Positions 15,782-28,600 of a stretch of 64,000 bases of DNA are shown here, piece after piece. The notes under the pieces were generated by a model. It was given only the letters and a program-made list of their open reading frames with translations. It had not been told where the DNA came from and ran no database searches. The position numbers and the translations under genes are program-made. Source of the DNA: an uncultured virus (IMG/VR IMGVR_UViG_3300030106_003254) (taxonomy: Duplodnaviria; Heunggongvirae; Uroviricota; Caudoviricetes); the IMG/VR virus record IMGVR_UViG_3300030106_003254; one strand, 5' to 3'. Numbering within the stretch: position 1 is the first letter of the stretch; the number at the start of each line of letters is the position of its first letter.

Positions 15782-18019
15782 ATGGAATCAGGATTTAAAG
15801 AACTTTCGGATTTACCTTTAGAAAATTTAAATGATCAAGGTCGAGTACCTAAGTCTAGAATTAAAGATGTTAAATCAGCGACAGAATTATATAGAACTCT
15901 TAAAAAGGGGGACGAAGGATCTGCGGTAAATCGAGCTCGAGTCCAAGCTATGTTTGATGGTGTGGCTCCTTATTCAGAAACAGCTTTAAGACAATCTGGC
16001 CAAGCCTTTAGGTGTAATTTAAATTTTGGGGAGGCTGAGAAGTTTTTAGAAGCTGCGATGTCTGCTTATGTAGACTTAGTTAATTCTGTTGAAACCCTTG
16101 TAAGAGTAGAAACAGCCTTTGGCGACCCTAAACAACGCATTGAATGGAATAGGGTGATGTCGGAAGAGTATTCTTTTCAACTACGTAAGTGGCCTAGGTT
16201 TAATTATGAGTATTTAAATTTATGTAATCATTTTGTAGGACACGGAGTAGGTATAAATTATTTTGAAGATGAGAGGTCTTGGTATTGGAGATCGTCTGGG
16301 CTTGGAGATATTTTAATTCCTAGACAAACTAGAGCTACAGAAGATTCTATAGAAGTTGCCGCAGCCAGAAGATTTGTTCCGGTAAATGAAATGTATAAAT
16401 ACATTGAAAATCCTGAGGTAGCGGCGGAGCTAGGGTGGAATGTTGCAGAGGTTAAAAAAGCAATTAAACACGCTTCCTCTCAAACAGAATTGGATGATTG
16501 GGAAAGACTCCAAAATGAGATTAAAAATAACGACCTATGGACAGGAGCTAAATCTGCTAAAGTAGAGTTAGTACACATGTGGGTACGAGAGTTTAACGGT
16601 TCTGTATCTCATTTTATGACTCTCCCCAACGGAGACAACAAAGATTTTTTATATAAAAAGGTAAGTAGGTATAAGAACATTGAAGAGGCTTTTACCTTCT
16701 TTACTTATGGTATTGGTACTAATGGCACTTATCACAGCATAAGAGGACTTGGGTACAAGATTTATAGTCACGTTCAAGTCAGCAATAGGATAAGGTCTCA
16801 AGCAGTAGACAACGCCATGTTAGCGGGGGCCCCTATGATTCAACCAGATGATGAAAGGGCTTTAGAAAGCTTTGCGTTTAATTATTTTGGGCCTTTCGCT
16901 ATACTGCCCCCTAACATGAAGTATGTGGACAAAGCGTCCCCCAATACTTCCCAAACAATGATGCCAGTACTACAAGACTTAAGTCAGTTAGTGCAAGACA
17001 GAGCTGGACAATACTCAGCCGCTAACGTGTTTGGTAAAGGAGATAGAAGGTCTAAGTTTGAAGTAGCCGCACATCTAGAAGAAGCAGCAAAACTAAACGT
17101 TACCGCCTTAAACTTGTTTTATAACCCATGGGATAGGTTTCACATGGAAGTTGCTCGAAGGTTTTTCCGAATGGATTATGTTCCTACAGATCCCGGAGGA
17201 GAAGCAGTTTTAGAGTTTAGAGAAAGATGTTTCTTACGAGGAGTTCCTTTAGAAGCTTTAGCTGCTATGGATATACGAAAAACTAGAGCGGTTAGAGCTG
17301 TAGGGAGCGGAAGCCAAGCTAAAAGATCTGTTAGTCTCCAACAGTTGAATGAACTTGCAGGAGTATTTGATTCTGAAGGAAGACATAATCTTTTCCGAGA
17401 TCAAGTAGCTTCTCTTGTAGGACATGAAGCCGCTGACAGATATATACCAGCCAGACCAGACCAGAGGATTCCTGTAGATACTAAAGTAGCCCAACTAGAA
17501 AATGAGCACATGCTAGAAGGTAAACAGATAGATGTGTTCCCAAATGAGATACATGTAATTCATTTAGATGTGCACGTACCTGCAATCGAAGAGTTATTTA
17601 TGGCAGTAGAACAAGGTCAAATGGAGTTAGTAGACGCCGCTGTCAAAGCTATGTCTGTATTTGACCACTCTATGAAGCATTTAGAAAATATACAACAAGA
17701 TCCTACATTAGCGGGACGCGTTAATGAGTTTAATAGTAGGCTACAGCAAGTATCTGAATTGATAATTAATGGACAACGTCAATTAGCTAAGATGCAAAGA
17801 GAAGCAGAGGATTTACCAGAGGAAGTCGAAGGCCAAGGGAACCCAGAAGAAACGGGAAATGCTGTAGACGCTCAAGAAAAATTAATTGAACACCGATTAA
17901 AACTTCAAATGATGCAAGAAAAGCATGAAATGGAGATGATGATAAAGCTTCAAAAAGCAGAACAAGAACGTCAATTAGGAGATGCCAAAGCAGCGTCTAG
18001 TATTAGGGATATAGTATAA
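15782..18019 (+). CDS. portal protein
   Basis: 745 aa, directly after TerL, helical with Q/E-rich C-terminal coiled coil. Confidence 0.75.
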   Translation: MESGFKELSDLPLENLNDQGRVPKSRIKDVKSATELYRTLKKGDEGSAVNRARVQAMFDGVAPYSETALRQSGQAFRCNLNFGEAEKFLEAAMSAYVDLVNSVETLVRVETAFGDPKQRIEWNRVMSEEYSFQLRKWPRFNYEYLNLCNHFVGHGVGINYFEDERSWYWRSSGLGDILIPRQTRATEDSIEVAAARRFVPVNEMYKYIENPEVAAELGWNVAEVKKAIKHASSQTELDDWERLQNEIKNNDLWTGAKSAKVELVHMWVREFNGSVSHFMTLPNGDNKDFLYKKVSRYKNIEEAFTFFTYGIGTNGTYHSIRGLGYKIYSHVQVSNRIRSQAVDNAMLAGAPMIQPDDERALESFAFNYFGPFAILPPNMKYVDKASPNTSQTMMPVLQDLSQLVQDRAGQYSAANVFGKGDRRSKFEVAAHLEEAAKLNVTALNLFYNPWDRFHMEVARRFFRMDYVPTDPGGEAVLEFRERCFLRGVPLEALAAMDIRKTRAVRAVGSGSQAKRSVSLQQLNELAGVFDSEGRHNLFRDQVASLVGHEAADRYIPARPDQRIPVDTKVAQLENEHMLEGKQIDVFPNEIHVIHLDVHVPAIEELFMAVEQGQMELVDAAVKAMSVFDHSMKHLENIQQDPTLAGRVNEFNSRLQQVSELIINGQRQLAKMQREAEDLPEEVEGQGNPEETGNAVDAQEKLIEHRLKLQMMQEKHEMEMMIKLQKAEQERQLGDAKAASSIRDIV

Positions 18020-18063
18020 ATAACTTGTTGATCTCTTTGAGATCTGTATTAAATGTGTAGTTA

Positions 18064-18351
18064 ATGGAAAAAACTCTAGATAGATGGAGAAAAGATTCAC
18101 ACGCACGTTATAAATGGCAGGAATTTTTATCTACTCCTGAGTTTGATCAAGGTATTAAAGTTTTAGAGTCTCAAGCAGTCCCTATTGTTATTATGGGTGA
18201 GTCTATAGAACAAACCGCTAAAAGACAATGCTTTCAGGCTGGTTTTCATGCAGCTATTGCTTTAATTGAAAAATTACCTGAAATACACTACAAAAAAGTT
18301 CAAGAACAACTTCCCGAATGGGATCATATAAATACAGAAGATAATGAGTGA
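18064..18351 (+). CDS. hypothetical protein (head module)
   Basis: 95-aa ORF between portal and scaffold. Confidence 0.7.
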   Translation: MEKTLDRWRKDSHARYKWQEFLSTPEFDQGIKVLESQAVPIVIMGESIEQTAKRQCFQAGFHAAIALIEKLPEIHYKKVQEQLPEWDHINTEDNE

Positions 18352-19558
18352 AGAAACCGCAGTAGCTGAACAACCCCAAGAACAAGCTCCTATACAAGAA
18401 GGCATAACAGATGCCCCCGAAGCTAATGAGAGTAATCCAACCACATCAGAAGAAACTTCTGGTGAAGGCATGGATTTTTTAGATTTTATAGCAGATCAAG
18501 CTGAGCCTAAGGCTGAAGAATCAGAGACTGCACCTGAGTTTGACGTAGCGGACGAACCTGAACCTGAACTAACTCCTACCTCCGAAGAATCAGATGAGTC
18601 TCCCAAACCGGAAGAAGAACAAGATTATTTAGATAGTTTTGTAGCAGATTTTCCTGACGCAGATAGTTTATCTGATACTCTAGACGATAAAGCTGTAGCA
18701 AAATGGGGAGAACTTCGTAGAGAATTAGCCGAAGCCCGTTCAAAAGCTTCTAATTTAGAAGATAAAATAGACACTAATGAAACTCCGGCGTTAGTACCAG
18801 AACTAGAAAAGAAGCTTCAAGACGCTTCAGATAGGATATCTGAGTATGAAAACGAGTTAGCTGTAGCTAGAGTAGAACAGTCTGCTGAGTATAAACAGAC
18901 TGTTACAGAACCTCTTAACAATATTATGTCTGCTGCCGAAGCTTTAGCCGAGCGTACTGGAGTAGATGTAAATGAAGTTTTTGCCGTATTTTCAGAGGTA
19001 AATATAGAGAGACAGAATAATTCTCTAGAGAGACTTACTGAAGAAATGGGTGATAGGGACAAAATGATGCTTTATCGTATGGTAGATGACTCTGCGGCTA
19101 TCTTCGACCGAGACGCTATGCTTAAAGATAGAGCGGCAGAAGCTTCGGTTGAGTTAGATAGGCATAATGAAGCCTTAGAAAAAGAGGCTTTAGAAGAGTA
19201 CACACTAGAAACTAGAGCTGCTGTAAACAAGGTGTATGATAAATTTGAAAGCGTTATCCCTGATTTAGAAGGAGTTGATTTAGGTGATTTACGGAATAAA
19301 ACTTTAGACAGTGACTACGTTTCTTTGGATTCAGACCATCAAGCGTACGCACTTTCTGCGGGAAATCTTTTACCTAGTGTTGTAAAAGCGATCAGAGTGA
19401 AAGACCAAAAAATAGCTTCTTTAGAGAAACAATTATCAACATACCAAAACTCAACACCCAAAGCCGCCCAAGCTGGAGGATCTGTATCAGAACCCGCTCA
19501 GTCTCCTGAAGACGATAACTTAGGATTTTTTGAGGCTATAAGTAAACTTACTCAATAA
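18344..19558 (+). CDS. capsid scaffolding protein
   Basis: very acidic, disordered N-terminus plus coiled coil; directly upstream of the capsid gene. Confidence 0.7.
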   Translation: MSEETAVAEQPQEQAPIQEGITDAPEANESNPTTSEETSGEGMDFLDFIADQAEPKAEESETAPEFDVADEPEPELTPTSEESDESPKPEEEQDYLDSFVADFPDADSLSDTLDDKAVAKWGELRRELAEARSKASNLEDKIDTNETPALVPELEKKLQDASDRISEYENELAVARVEQSAEYKQTVTEPLNNIMSAAEALAERTGVDVNEVFAVFSEVNIERQNNSLERLTEEMGDRDKMMLYRMVDDSAAIFDRDAMLKDRAAEASVELDRHNEALEKEALEEYTLETRAAVNKVYDKFESVIPDLEGVDLGDLRNKTLDSDYVSLDSDHQAYALSAGNLLPSVVKAIRVKDQKIASLEKQLSTYQNSTPKAAQAGGSVSEPAQSPEDDNLGFFEAISKLTQ

Positions 19559-19565
19559 TATATTT

Positions 19566-19594
19566 TTGCATTTCAAAAATATGTGAGTTATACT
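19566..19594 (+). promoter_or_regulatory. sigma70-like promoter of the major capsid gene
   Basis: TTGCAT-17 bp-TATACT. Confidence 0.75.
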
Positions 19595-19759
19595 TTCTCT
19601 GGAACCACAGATTCCGTAATTTCTGTACACATAATTTGAGCTAGGCGTGTTAGCGTCATCTCCTCGGCTCAGGGAGAGTTAATCGGGTACAATAACCTAT
19701 ATGGATTATTGTGTTCACTTTTTTAAATTAACCGCCCTGAGGAGGGCATTATTAACAAG

Positions 19760-21043
19760 ATGGCTAAATCAACACAAACAGCTACCGTAGGTCAGTCCGG
19801 GGGTACTTTTAGTCCCGCTCTTTCTCTTACCGACATGTTGGTAAAGGAATCCGGTAGAATATCAGGCGATATTTATCGCAAAACAATAGACACGTCCCCG
19901 TGGCTCAAGCTCGTAAAACAAGACACTTGGCCAGACGAGATGGGAGATACCTTAAGTGTTCTTACATACGAGAGATCACTTGCAAAGAAGACAGCAGACA
20001 GTTCTTTAGGACAAGAGTGGGAAAACGTTAAAAGTAACGACGCAAACAAATATGCGATTCCAAACGCTACTAAAGTTACTCCAGCAACTTCAACCGCTAC
20101 ATACAGCCTAGCGCACACAGCTATTGAATCAGCTCCAATTATTGTAAACGACCTTCGTTTTTCATATAATTTCCGTGAGCAGTTAAGAGCTATTTACGAC
20201 AACCTCGTAGAAAACGTGTCTTGGGCTTGGAAAGAGCGTTATCGTGACCAGTATTATGCACTTTGTAAGCATAATATTATTGCTGGTTTTACCACAGCAG
20301 GGGTTACAGATGGATCTCTTGCCGAGGATACTACCGCAGGTACTTTCCCCACAGTTATGAGTGGCAGTGCTATCGATGAAGCTGGAGTTGGTGTTATTTC
20401 TAATGGCATTATGAACCAGACTTACATGCGTATGCTTCGTGATGGAGCTGGACAGAACCCAATGGGCCGCTCTAACGGACGTCCTGTATTCACAGCTATT
20501 ATGAGTGCAGAGGCTTCTGAGAAACTTATCACAGAGTCAGACACTCGTACTGACTACAGAGAAAGTGATCAGGTTAATGAGCTTCTTAAGCCACTCGGAG
20601 TAGAGAGATCTCATAGAGGTTTCTACCATTTAATCGATCCGTTTCCAAAGCGTTGGAATTATGGTAGCTCTACTTGGACTGAGCAAGCTCCTTACGATGC
20701 TAACGGTGCTATTAATTCAGCTTACGAAACTGCTGAATACGAAGACGTCATTATCTTCCACCAAGATGTGATGGAATCACTTGTTCCAAGACCTATTGGT
20801 TCTGCTGGATCAGGAACTTCGTTTAGCCCACAGTCTTATCGTGGTAAGTTCAACTTCTTGAATATTCAAGATCGTAACGAAAACCCAGATAACACTTGGG
20901 GTTACTTTAGAGGGATTCTCTCTAACACCGCCAAGCCGATTAAGCCTCAGTTTGCTTACATTATTCGTTGTAAACGTGCCTTTGGAACAGGGTCATTGTT
21001 GAACAATGATGGTGGTGCAATCAACGCCGACATCGTCGCTTAA
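19760..21043 (+). CDS. major capsid protein
   Basis: 427 aa, after scaffold, with its own promoter and a strong terminator. Confidence 0.75.
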   Translation: MAKSTQTATVGQSGGTFSPALSLTDMLVKESGRISGDIYRKTIDTSPWLKLVKQDTWPDEMGDTLSVLTYERSLAKKTADSSLGQEWENVKSNDANKYAIPNATKVTPATSTATYSLAHTAIESAPIIVNDLRFSYNFREQLRAIYDNLVENVSWAWKERYRDQYYALCKHNIIAGFTTAGVTDGSLAEDTTAGTFPTVMSGSAIDEAGVGVISNGIMNQTYMRMLRDGAGQNPMGRSNGRPVFTAIMSAEASEKLITESDTRTDYRESDQVNELLKPLGVERSHRGFYHLIDPFPKRWNYGSSTWTEQAPYDANGAINSAYETAEYEDVIIFHQDVMESLVPRPIGSAGSGTSFSPQSYRGKFNFLNIQDRNENPDNTWGYFRGILSNTAKPIKPQFAYIIRCKRAFGTGSLLNNDGGAINADIVA

Positions 21044-21075
21044 GGTAATTAAAGCTTAAACAAAGCGAATATCAC

Positions 21076-21113
21076 ATATACCCGCAGCCTCTAGGGGTTG
21101 CGGGTATATTTTT
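21076..21113 (+). terminator. intrinsic terminator
   Basis: ATATACCCGCAGCCTC-TA-GGGGTTGCGGGTATAT followed by a T tract. Confidence 0.85.
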
Positions 21114-21165
21114 GTTTTAATGCCTTAAGTGTGGTAAATTCTAAGAATTCAACAACTATTTAAAC

Positions 21166-21606
21166 ATGGCTAATATTCAGTTAAAAAGGGGACAAAAAAC
21201 TACGGTAGACGTTACTTATATACTTTCAGGGCAGACAAACGCATTTAATTTCACTTCACAGACTTATTATACCGCAAAACTGTATATTAGAAGAAAGACT
21301 GGAGACTCTTATGGAGGTATCCTTGTAGACACTTTGACCACTACCGGACAAGCTACAGACCATAATTCAATAGATAATGGATCAGGAGGTCAGGGAGGTA
21401 ACGGCAGAATTACTTTTGTTAACCCGGGAAATACTGCGACTAAAAATATTCAACTTCATTGGAATACAGCTCAGTCTACTGCTCTCCCAAACGAAACAGT
21501 TACTGTTTACGGAGATTTAAAGATTTTTGGAGAGTCTTCAGATTACACACAATGTATCCACTCTATAAGATTAACCTTTGATATCGTACAAGAGATTACT
21601 TCCTAG
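21166..21606 (+). CDS. virion protein, possible fibre attachment/adaptor
   Basis: 146-aa beta-rich ORF preceding the fibre genes. Confidence 0.5.
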   Translation: MANIQLKRGQKTTVDVTYILSGQTNAFNFTSQTYYTAKLYIRRKTGDSYGGILVDTLTTTGQATDHNSIDNGSGGQGGNGRITFVNPGNTATKNIQLHWNTAQSTALPNETVTVYGDLKIFGESSDYTQCIHSIRLTFDIVQEITS

Positions 21607-21608
21607 TA

Positions 21609-22634
21609 ATGGCTAATGATTCAATTACTATTAATCAATCAGTTAATTCTGTTACAGCCACATCTCAAAGCAGTTCGGCCTCTGTAACAGATACCGAGAA
21701 TACTGTAACTGCATCAGGCACTAGCCCTACGGCAAGTGCAACACAAACCATATCAACCGCATCAGCTACTTCTAGTCGGTTTGCTCTAGGAGCTTCTTTA
21801 AGTTCCTTGTCCGACATGAATGTGAACACAGCAGATGCTTTAGCTTTACTATCAGCAGCAGAAGTTCAATTACTAGATGGAGCTATAGTTACTACCACTC
21901 AGTTAAATTTTCTTTCTGGAGTATCTTCTAGTTTACAAGACCAGTTAAATCTTAAAGCTCCTTTAGCTAGCCCTACCTTTACAGGAAATCCTATAGCCCC
22001 CACCCAATCTGCTGGAAATAATAGTACTCGAATAGCTACCACAGCTTATGTAGATAATGCTGTTTCTTTAGAAAACACCATAGAAGAATTAGATGACACA
22101 TCTATAACCTCTGTAGCTAATAATGAACTTCTTCAATATAATAGTTCTAGTTCCAAGTGGGTTAATAGAACTTTTGCAGAAGCTGGAGTAGCTCCCGTAG
22201 CTACCCCCACCTTTACTGGTCAAATTACACATTCAGGAGTTATACTCACAGCAGGAACAAGCATAGACCAAGTTAAAACTTCTGTAGTTTCTATGACAGT
22301 TACTCCAACTTTTCAAGACACTAACATAACTCAATCAGGAGCTATGCCTACCGGAACTTATGTTATGTTATTGCATGTAAATGATGCAGCAGGGGGAGGT
22401 TCAGCAGAAGCTTACTACTCAGCTATTATAAATATTTATGGCGGTACGACTAGTGCGGATGATTTTTCTAGTGAGGTAGACTTACATAGATCTGGAGGAT
22501 CAGATAATGGTAAAATGATTTTTATAAGAACTCGTTCTGAGGCTGATACAAACAATGTGCGTATTGAGATGGCAGCTAATTTTACGGCTTCAAGTGCAAG
22601 TAATTATACATTTAAATTTAGAAGACTTATTTAA
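21609..22634 (+). CDS. short tail-fibre-like protein
   Basis: KAPLASPTFTG..APT...IATTAYV fibre repeat; S/T-rich; shares a module with the next gene. Confidence 0.7.
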   Translation: MANDSITINQSVNSVTATSQSSSASVTDTENTVTASGTSPTASATQTISTASATSSRFALGASLSSLSDMNVNTADALALLSAAEVQLLDGAIVTTTQLNFLSGVSSSLQDQLNLKAPLASPTFTGNPIAPTQSAGNNSTRIATTAYVDNAVSLENTIEELDDTSITSVANNELLQYNSSSSKWVNRTFAEAGVAPVATPTFTGQITHSGVILTAGTSIDQVKTSVVSMTVTPTFQDTNITQSGAMPTGTYVMLLHVNDAAGGGSAEAYYSAIINIYGGTTSADDFSSEVDLHRSGGSDNGKMIFIRTRSEADTNNVRIEMAANFTASSASNYTFKFRRLI

Positions 22635-25600
22635 TGGCTTCAGAAGGAAAATATTTTAAAGGAGACATCCACACATTAGGGAACGTAGGTATAGGTAACC
22701 TATCTGCTTCATATAAACTTGATGTTACTGGAGCGGCCAACATTTCAGGTAATTTAAGTGTTGGGGGTATTCCCACTGCACCTACTGCATCAGCAGCTAC
22801 TAACAACACACAGTTAGCTACAACGCAGTACGTCACCACAGCGATAACTAATCTCATAGACTCCAGCCCCGACACGCTCAACACACTCAATGAGATAGCA
22901 GCAGCATTGAATGACGATGCGAACTTCGCTGGAACTATAACTACATCGATAGCGACCAAGCTTCCTTTAGCGGGTGGCACGATGACTGGCAACTTAAATC
23001 TTGGAGACAACATTAAGTTGCAGCTAGGACAATCCAATGATCTTCAGATCTACCACGATGGATCAAATAGTATTATAAAAGATAATGGAACTGGCGGTTT
23101 GTTTTTATTAGCTGATGTTGCTACGTACATTCAATCACCTACTGGAGAAAGTAAGGCGAAGTTTACTAAAGACGGCAGTGTTGAACTTTTCTACAACAAC
23201 TCAAAGAAATTTGAGACTGTCTCTGGGGGAGTTGATATTACAGGAAACATTACAGTTAGCGGAACTGGAACCCTAACTGGAGTTCTAAAACTTCCTGATG
23301 GAGCCGTAGGTGCGCCCGCTTTGTCATTCGCAAATGATGCTGATTCTGGCATCTATTGGGATAATGCCAACAAAGCCATAAGATTTTCAATCGATGGAGT
23401 TCAAAGGGGATACTTTAGTACAGCAGGAATATTATCTGTTGCGAATGTTTATACTGGAAATACGGGTCAATTCCGAAACTATGGTGGAACATGGAAAGCC
23501 ACAACTGGATTAACAGGTAATGGTTTTGAGTTCTCCAACTCAGTAGATGGCACAGCAATGACGTTATCGTCTGCTGGAGTTTTAAATGTAACTGGTAACA
23601 TTACATTAGGAGGAACCGTAGATGGAAGGGACGTAGCTGCTGATGGATCAAAGCTAGATGGTATTGATGCTGGAGCTAAAGACGATCAAACCGCTGCGGA
23701 AATCCTAACGGAACTCAAGACCGTTGATGGAACTGGTTCTGGATTAGACGCAGATACTTTAGATGGTAGTCATGCTTCAACATTTGCTGCTGCCTCAGAT
23801 TTAAGTACGCACGTTGGTGCTACTAATCCTCATAATATTACAGCGAGTACAGTAAGTTTAGGGAACGTAACGAACGAGTCCAAAGCGACTATGTTCACAA
23901 GTGCAGCTCTCACAGGCACACCAACCGCTCCTACAGCCAACGCAGGTACTAATACCACTCAGATAGCAACTACAGCGTTTGTAACTTCTGCGGTAGCTTT
24001 AGAGAACACTCTAGCTGAGATGGACGACGTTACGTTTGCATCTTTAGCTGACAATGAATTACTACAATACAATTCTTCTAATAGTAAATGGGAGAATAAA
24101 ACGATATCAGAAGTAGGGTTAGCTTTAGCCTCAGATTTAAGTACGCACGTTGGTGCTACTAACCCACATAATATCACTTTATCTGGTCTTGGAGGACTCC
24201 CTCTCGCAGGAGGGACGATGACTGGTCTTGTTTCTTTAACAGGAGGAGGATCTACTTCGCCTGTTGGAGTTAATGGATTGCATTTGATGTTTGATAGCAG
24301 TGGAGGTACTGCTCATATTAATGCACAGCAAAATGGGACAAGTAATAGACACTTATCATTCAAGGCTGCTTCTTATAGTTTTAATAGTGGTAATGCGACG
24401 TTTGCTGGTATTGTAACAATACCCGACGGTGCTGCCAATGCTCCAAGTCTTAGAACAGCTTCACATAACTCAGGTTTATTTACAACTTCAGGAACATTAC
24501 AGTTTTCCGTTGATGGGGTAGCAAGGGCTTATATAAACAGTGCAGGAATTACCTCAAATGGTAATCTCTATACATCGGCTACAGGACAGTTTAGGAATTT
24601 TAGTGGAACGTGGTCGGCAACAACTGGCACTGCTAATAAAGGGTGGGAGTTCTTTAATACAGATAATAGCAACACTATTCGTGCAGCTAAACTTTCTTCT
24701 ACAGGAACCCTAGAGCTTAATGGAGGTACTACTGCCACAAAGATTGAGGCATACGAGACTTATTCAGATGATAATAATTATGAGAGATCTTTCTTTAAGC
24801 ATGCTTCTAGCTTCTTGGAGATAGGAACTGAGGCATTAGGTACAGGCACAGCAAGTGGGTTAAAACTCAAGACAGGAGGGAATGATGTTATAACAATAGG
24901 GACTGATCAAAAAGTAAAAGTTGGGGGTGGAACAAATACCCCATCTTTGGGAGGCGGAACAGTCTTTAGAGTAGATATGACTCAAGGTGCTGGCAATTAT
25001 GCGAGCATCGCTATCTTGGGAGGCAACACAGGAAGATCTAGTTTATTCTTTGGGGATCTTCACGCAGAGCAAAGAGGTGCTTTGGATTACAGGCATGGAG
25101 ACGACTCTCTGTCTATAAGCACAGCAGCAGGAGAAAGGATGCGTATTCTTTCTGATGGTAAGGTAGGTATAGGTACTGTTTCTCCAAACTACTTACTCGA
25201 TGTCGAAGGGTCGGGAGCGTCCATGCGTGTACGAAATACAGCAACCGATGCTGTTACGCAAATTGTGATGAGGTCAGGAGGATCATCAGGGGAGAATCAA
25301 ATTAGATTTGGCGATGATGATGATGCGAATAGGGGAATGATTCGCTACAGGCACAATGGCGATAGTCTAGCCTTTGATGTAGCTGATGCAGAGAGGATGC
25401 GTATTGACTCATCTGGAAGACTCGGTATCGGAACAACTACGATCCCACATTTGCTTTCAGTCAAAGGAACAATTTCAAGACTCAATAGTTCTGGAATACA
25501 GGTTATAAACCTTGGAACAACAAGTGATCATGGTCAGTTAACAATTAATAATTCAGGAGGCACAACGAAAGTTGCCCTCAATAGTAGTGGAGATGACAGT

Positions 25601-28600
25601 TATATCAATGCAGGTGACTTCGGTATTGGTACTACAAGCCCTTCCTCTAAGTTGCACGTATTGTCAGGTGTTGTTTCAGGTTATTCGGAGGATACCTATG
25701 CTGATATAATAGTAGAAGATTCAGATGCTCGAATACAAGTTGTTTCAGATAATGGAGGAACTAATGGTTCTTCAATAATATTAACTAATGTTGATTCTGG
25801 AACTCATAGTAATTGGGCGATAGGACAAACAACTACAGGTAATTCAAACAAGTTACACATTGGGCATAATACTAGTTCTGGTGGTGATACTAGTAATTTT
25901 TCAACTACACAAGATTTAGTTATTACCACAGATGGTAAGGTCGGTATTGGAACCACAAGCCCTGCTGAATTACTCCATGTGCAGGGAAGCAATGCAACTA
26001 TTAATGTTCGAGAAAGCGGTGCTGCTACTGTTAAAATGCGAGCAGGATCTGTTGGTAGAATAGGAACATATTCAGATAATGATTTCTCTATTGTTAGCAA
26101 TAGCACGGATCAAGTTCGTATTAAAAGTGACGGCAACGTAGGCATAGGGGTTACAAACCCAAGTAAAAAGCTACATATTGATGGTGACATAAAGCTTAAA
26201 AACTCAGGTAAGCTATTCTTATGGAATGACAATGATAATAATTATTTAGACTATCAAAATTGGATAGCTAGTACAGGCAATGCTCAACTTATAAGAAATA
26301 CGGGAGCAGGTGGTATTAAGTTAAAAAGTACATCTTTAGAAGTTGTTGTTACTACTGGTTTGGGTATAGGAACCAGTACTCCACTAGCTCCTCTCCATGT
26401 GCAGGGAACAGCACTAACAGGATACGCCAGTGGAGATGTAAATGCTGACACCATGATGGTGATTGAGAATGATGATAATGCTAGATTGGCTATTGTAGCA
26501 GGTTCATTATCTGATGTTCTTTTCGGTGATGCTGCGGATCAAGATGTAGGAAGAATTAGATACAACCACTCATCCGACAGTATGGCTTTCTTTACTGCTG
26601 GAGCTGAGTGCATGAGGATTAAAGATAGTGGTGAGGTTGGCATCGGAACCACAAGCCCGACAAGTGAACTTCATGTTCATTCTGGGGCTTTCTCTAGTGG
26701 AGATGCTGAGATAAGAAATGATGCTAGAGTTAACAGGAATTACAAGTTAGCACTAGGTACAACGACCAAGTACATTGGTACAGTCCAAATGAATGGCAAT
26801 GGTGACTCTTCAGGTTTCCATGTGCGGATATATGATGGGCATAGTAAAGTTTGGAGAGAGGTAAATGTAGTTGTACAAAATTCAGGTGGCACAAATTACC
26901 CGAAGGTAACTGTCGAGGGAGGTGGAGATGATGTAAATATTAATGTAGAGTTTGCTTATGTAAATAGATCAGGAGCAGCTCAAAAGACAGACTTCTATTT
27001 AGTTCCAACATCAAACAAAGCTTATACACAATTAATTTTCGTTGATGGATTTATTGAAAGAGACACAGGTCATAGCAGTACAAGCTCGACTAATATTAAC
27101 TTAGATACTGCGATTGGGATATATAAAGCAGCTACGGATGACTCAAGCAAAATCGGAATAGGAACTACTGACCCAACAGAAAAGCTCGAAGTTATTGGAG
27201 ACATTTTAATAAATGGTGGTCCTGCTGGAGGGAGAAGTTTACAATTAAAAAGAACTGGGGCAACCAATCCTTGGAAGCTTGTACAAGGACACACACAGAC
27301 AGATTATTTTGAAATATTAGAAGGTTCGGATACTAGATTTTTAATTAAGAACGGAGGTAACGTAGGCATTGGAACTAATGCCCCTGCACATAAACTAGAT
27401 GTTTCTGGTTCTGCAAGGTTATTAGCTACTGCACCTACACTGACTCTACAAGATTCAGATGAATCTAACGTATTTGGGCAGATTATCGAAAGTTCTGGAG
27501 TATTAACTGTACGTTCAAGAGATGGGAGTAATCACGGTGAGATAAGGTTTGAACGAGGTAACGGGTCGGCAGTTCTTGAAACTGCACGGTTTGATTCTAG
27601 TGGAAACACAACACTTTCTGGAAACCTCACAGTACAGGGAGACATCTCTACTACAGGCACATTCACTATAATAGACACAGATGTCAGCACTACTGAACAG
27701 CTTGTAGTAACGAATGATGGAACTGGCCCTGCTGTTGTTGTTAATCAAAAAGGAGTACAGCCCGTAGTTGATTTCCAAGATGACAGTACTTCTGTTTTCT
27801 ACATAAAGAACGGAGGTAATGTTGGTATTGGTAATGGTATAACAAATCCTCTAAATAGACTGCATGTTGAAACTAGCGACTCAACAATTGCTAGGTTTAG
27901 ATCAACAACTAATAAGGCAGCTATTTTAATACAGGATGATGATACTGACGGATACTTTAGTGCTGAATCTGGCAGAGTCTCAATGGGATTCAATTCAGGG
28001 TTACATGCAGATAATATCAATATTCTTGAATCGGGTAGTAATTATTATGTAGGGATAGGAACGGTTAGTCCTGTTGGCCCATTGACTCTTGCTAATGTCA
28101 CTGGTGGTAATTGGAATGATGGATTGATAATAGATGATCCTACAGGGTGGGCAGCGACTGTATATAAGAGGAGTAACAGTCCTAAAATGTTTACAGGTCT
28201 TTATACTGGTAACGACAACTACATCTGGATGTCAACAGGGTATAGTAACTCTGGAACTAGTATAACCGCACCAAGAGCGGATGCGGTCCTGATGGCAAGA
28301 CCTAGCACTGATGATCTACAGATATATTTAGAAACGCATTTTGGAAATAGGATAGGTGTCGGGACTACAAGCCCTGCTGCTATATTAGATATAGTAGATT
28401 CTCAAACACAATCAGGTTCGGCAGGAAGAGCTACAATCCAAACAACCGCCACAACAACCACTACTAGTACGCAAAGTAGCGGAATGTATGCAATACAAAA
28501 TTACTTTAACCTAACGGGTACAGGCGGTAGTTTTCAGAATTCAGCTCATCAACAGGTGATGACAACAGTTAGTTCTACTGGAACAGTAACTGGGTTAAAA

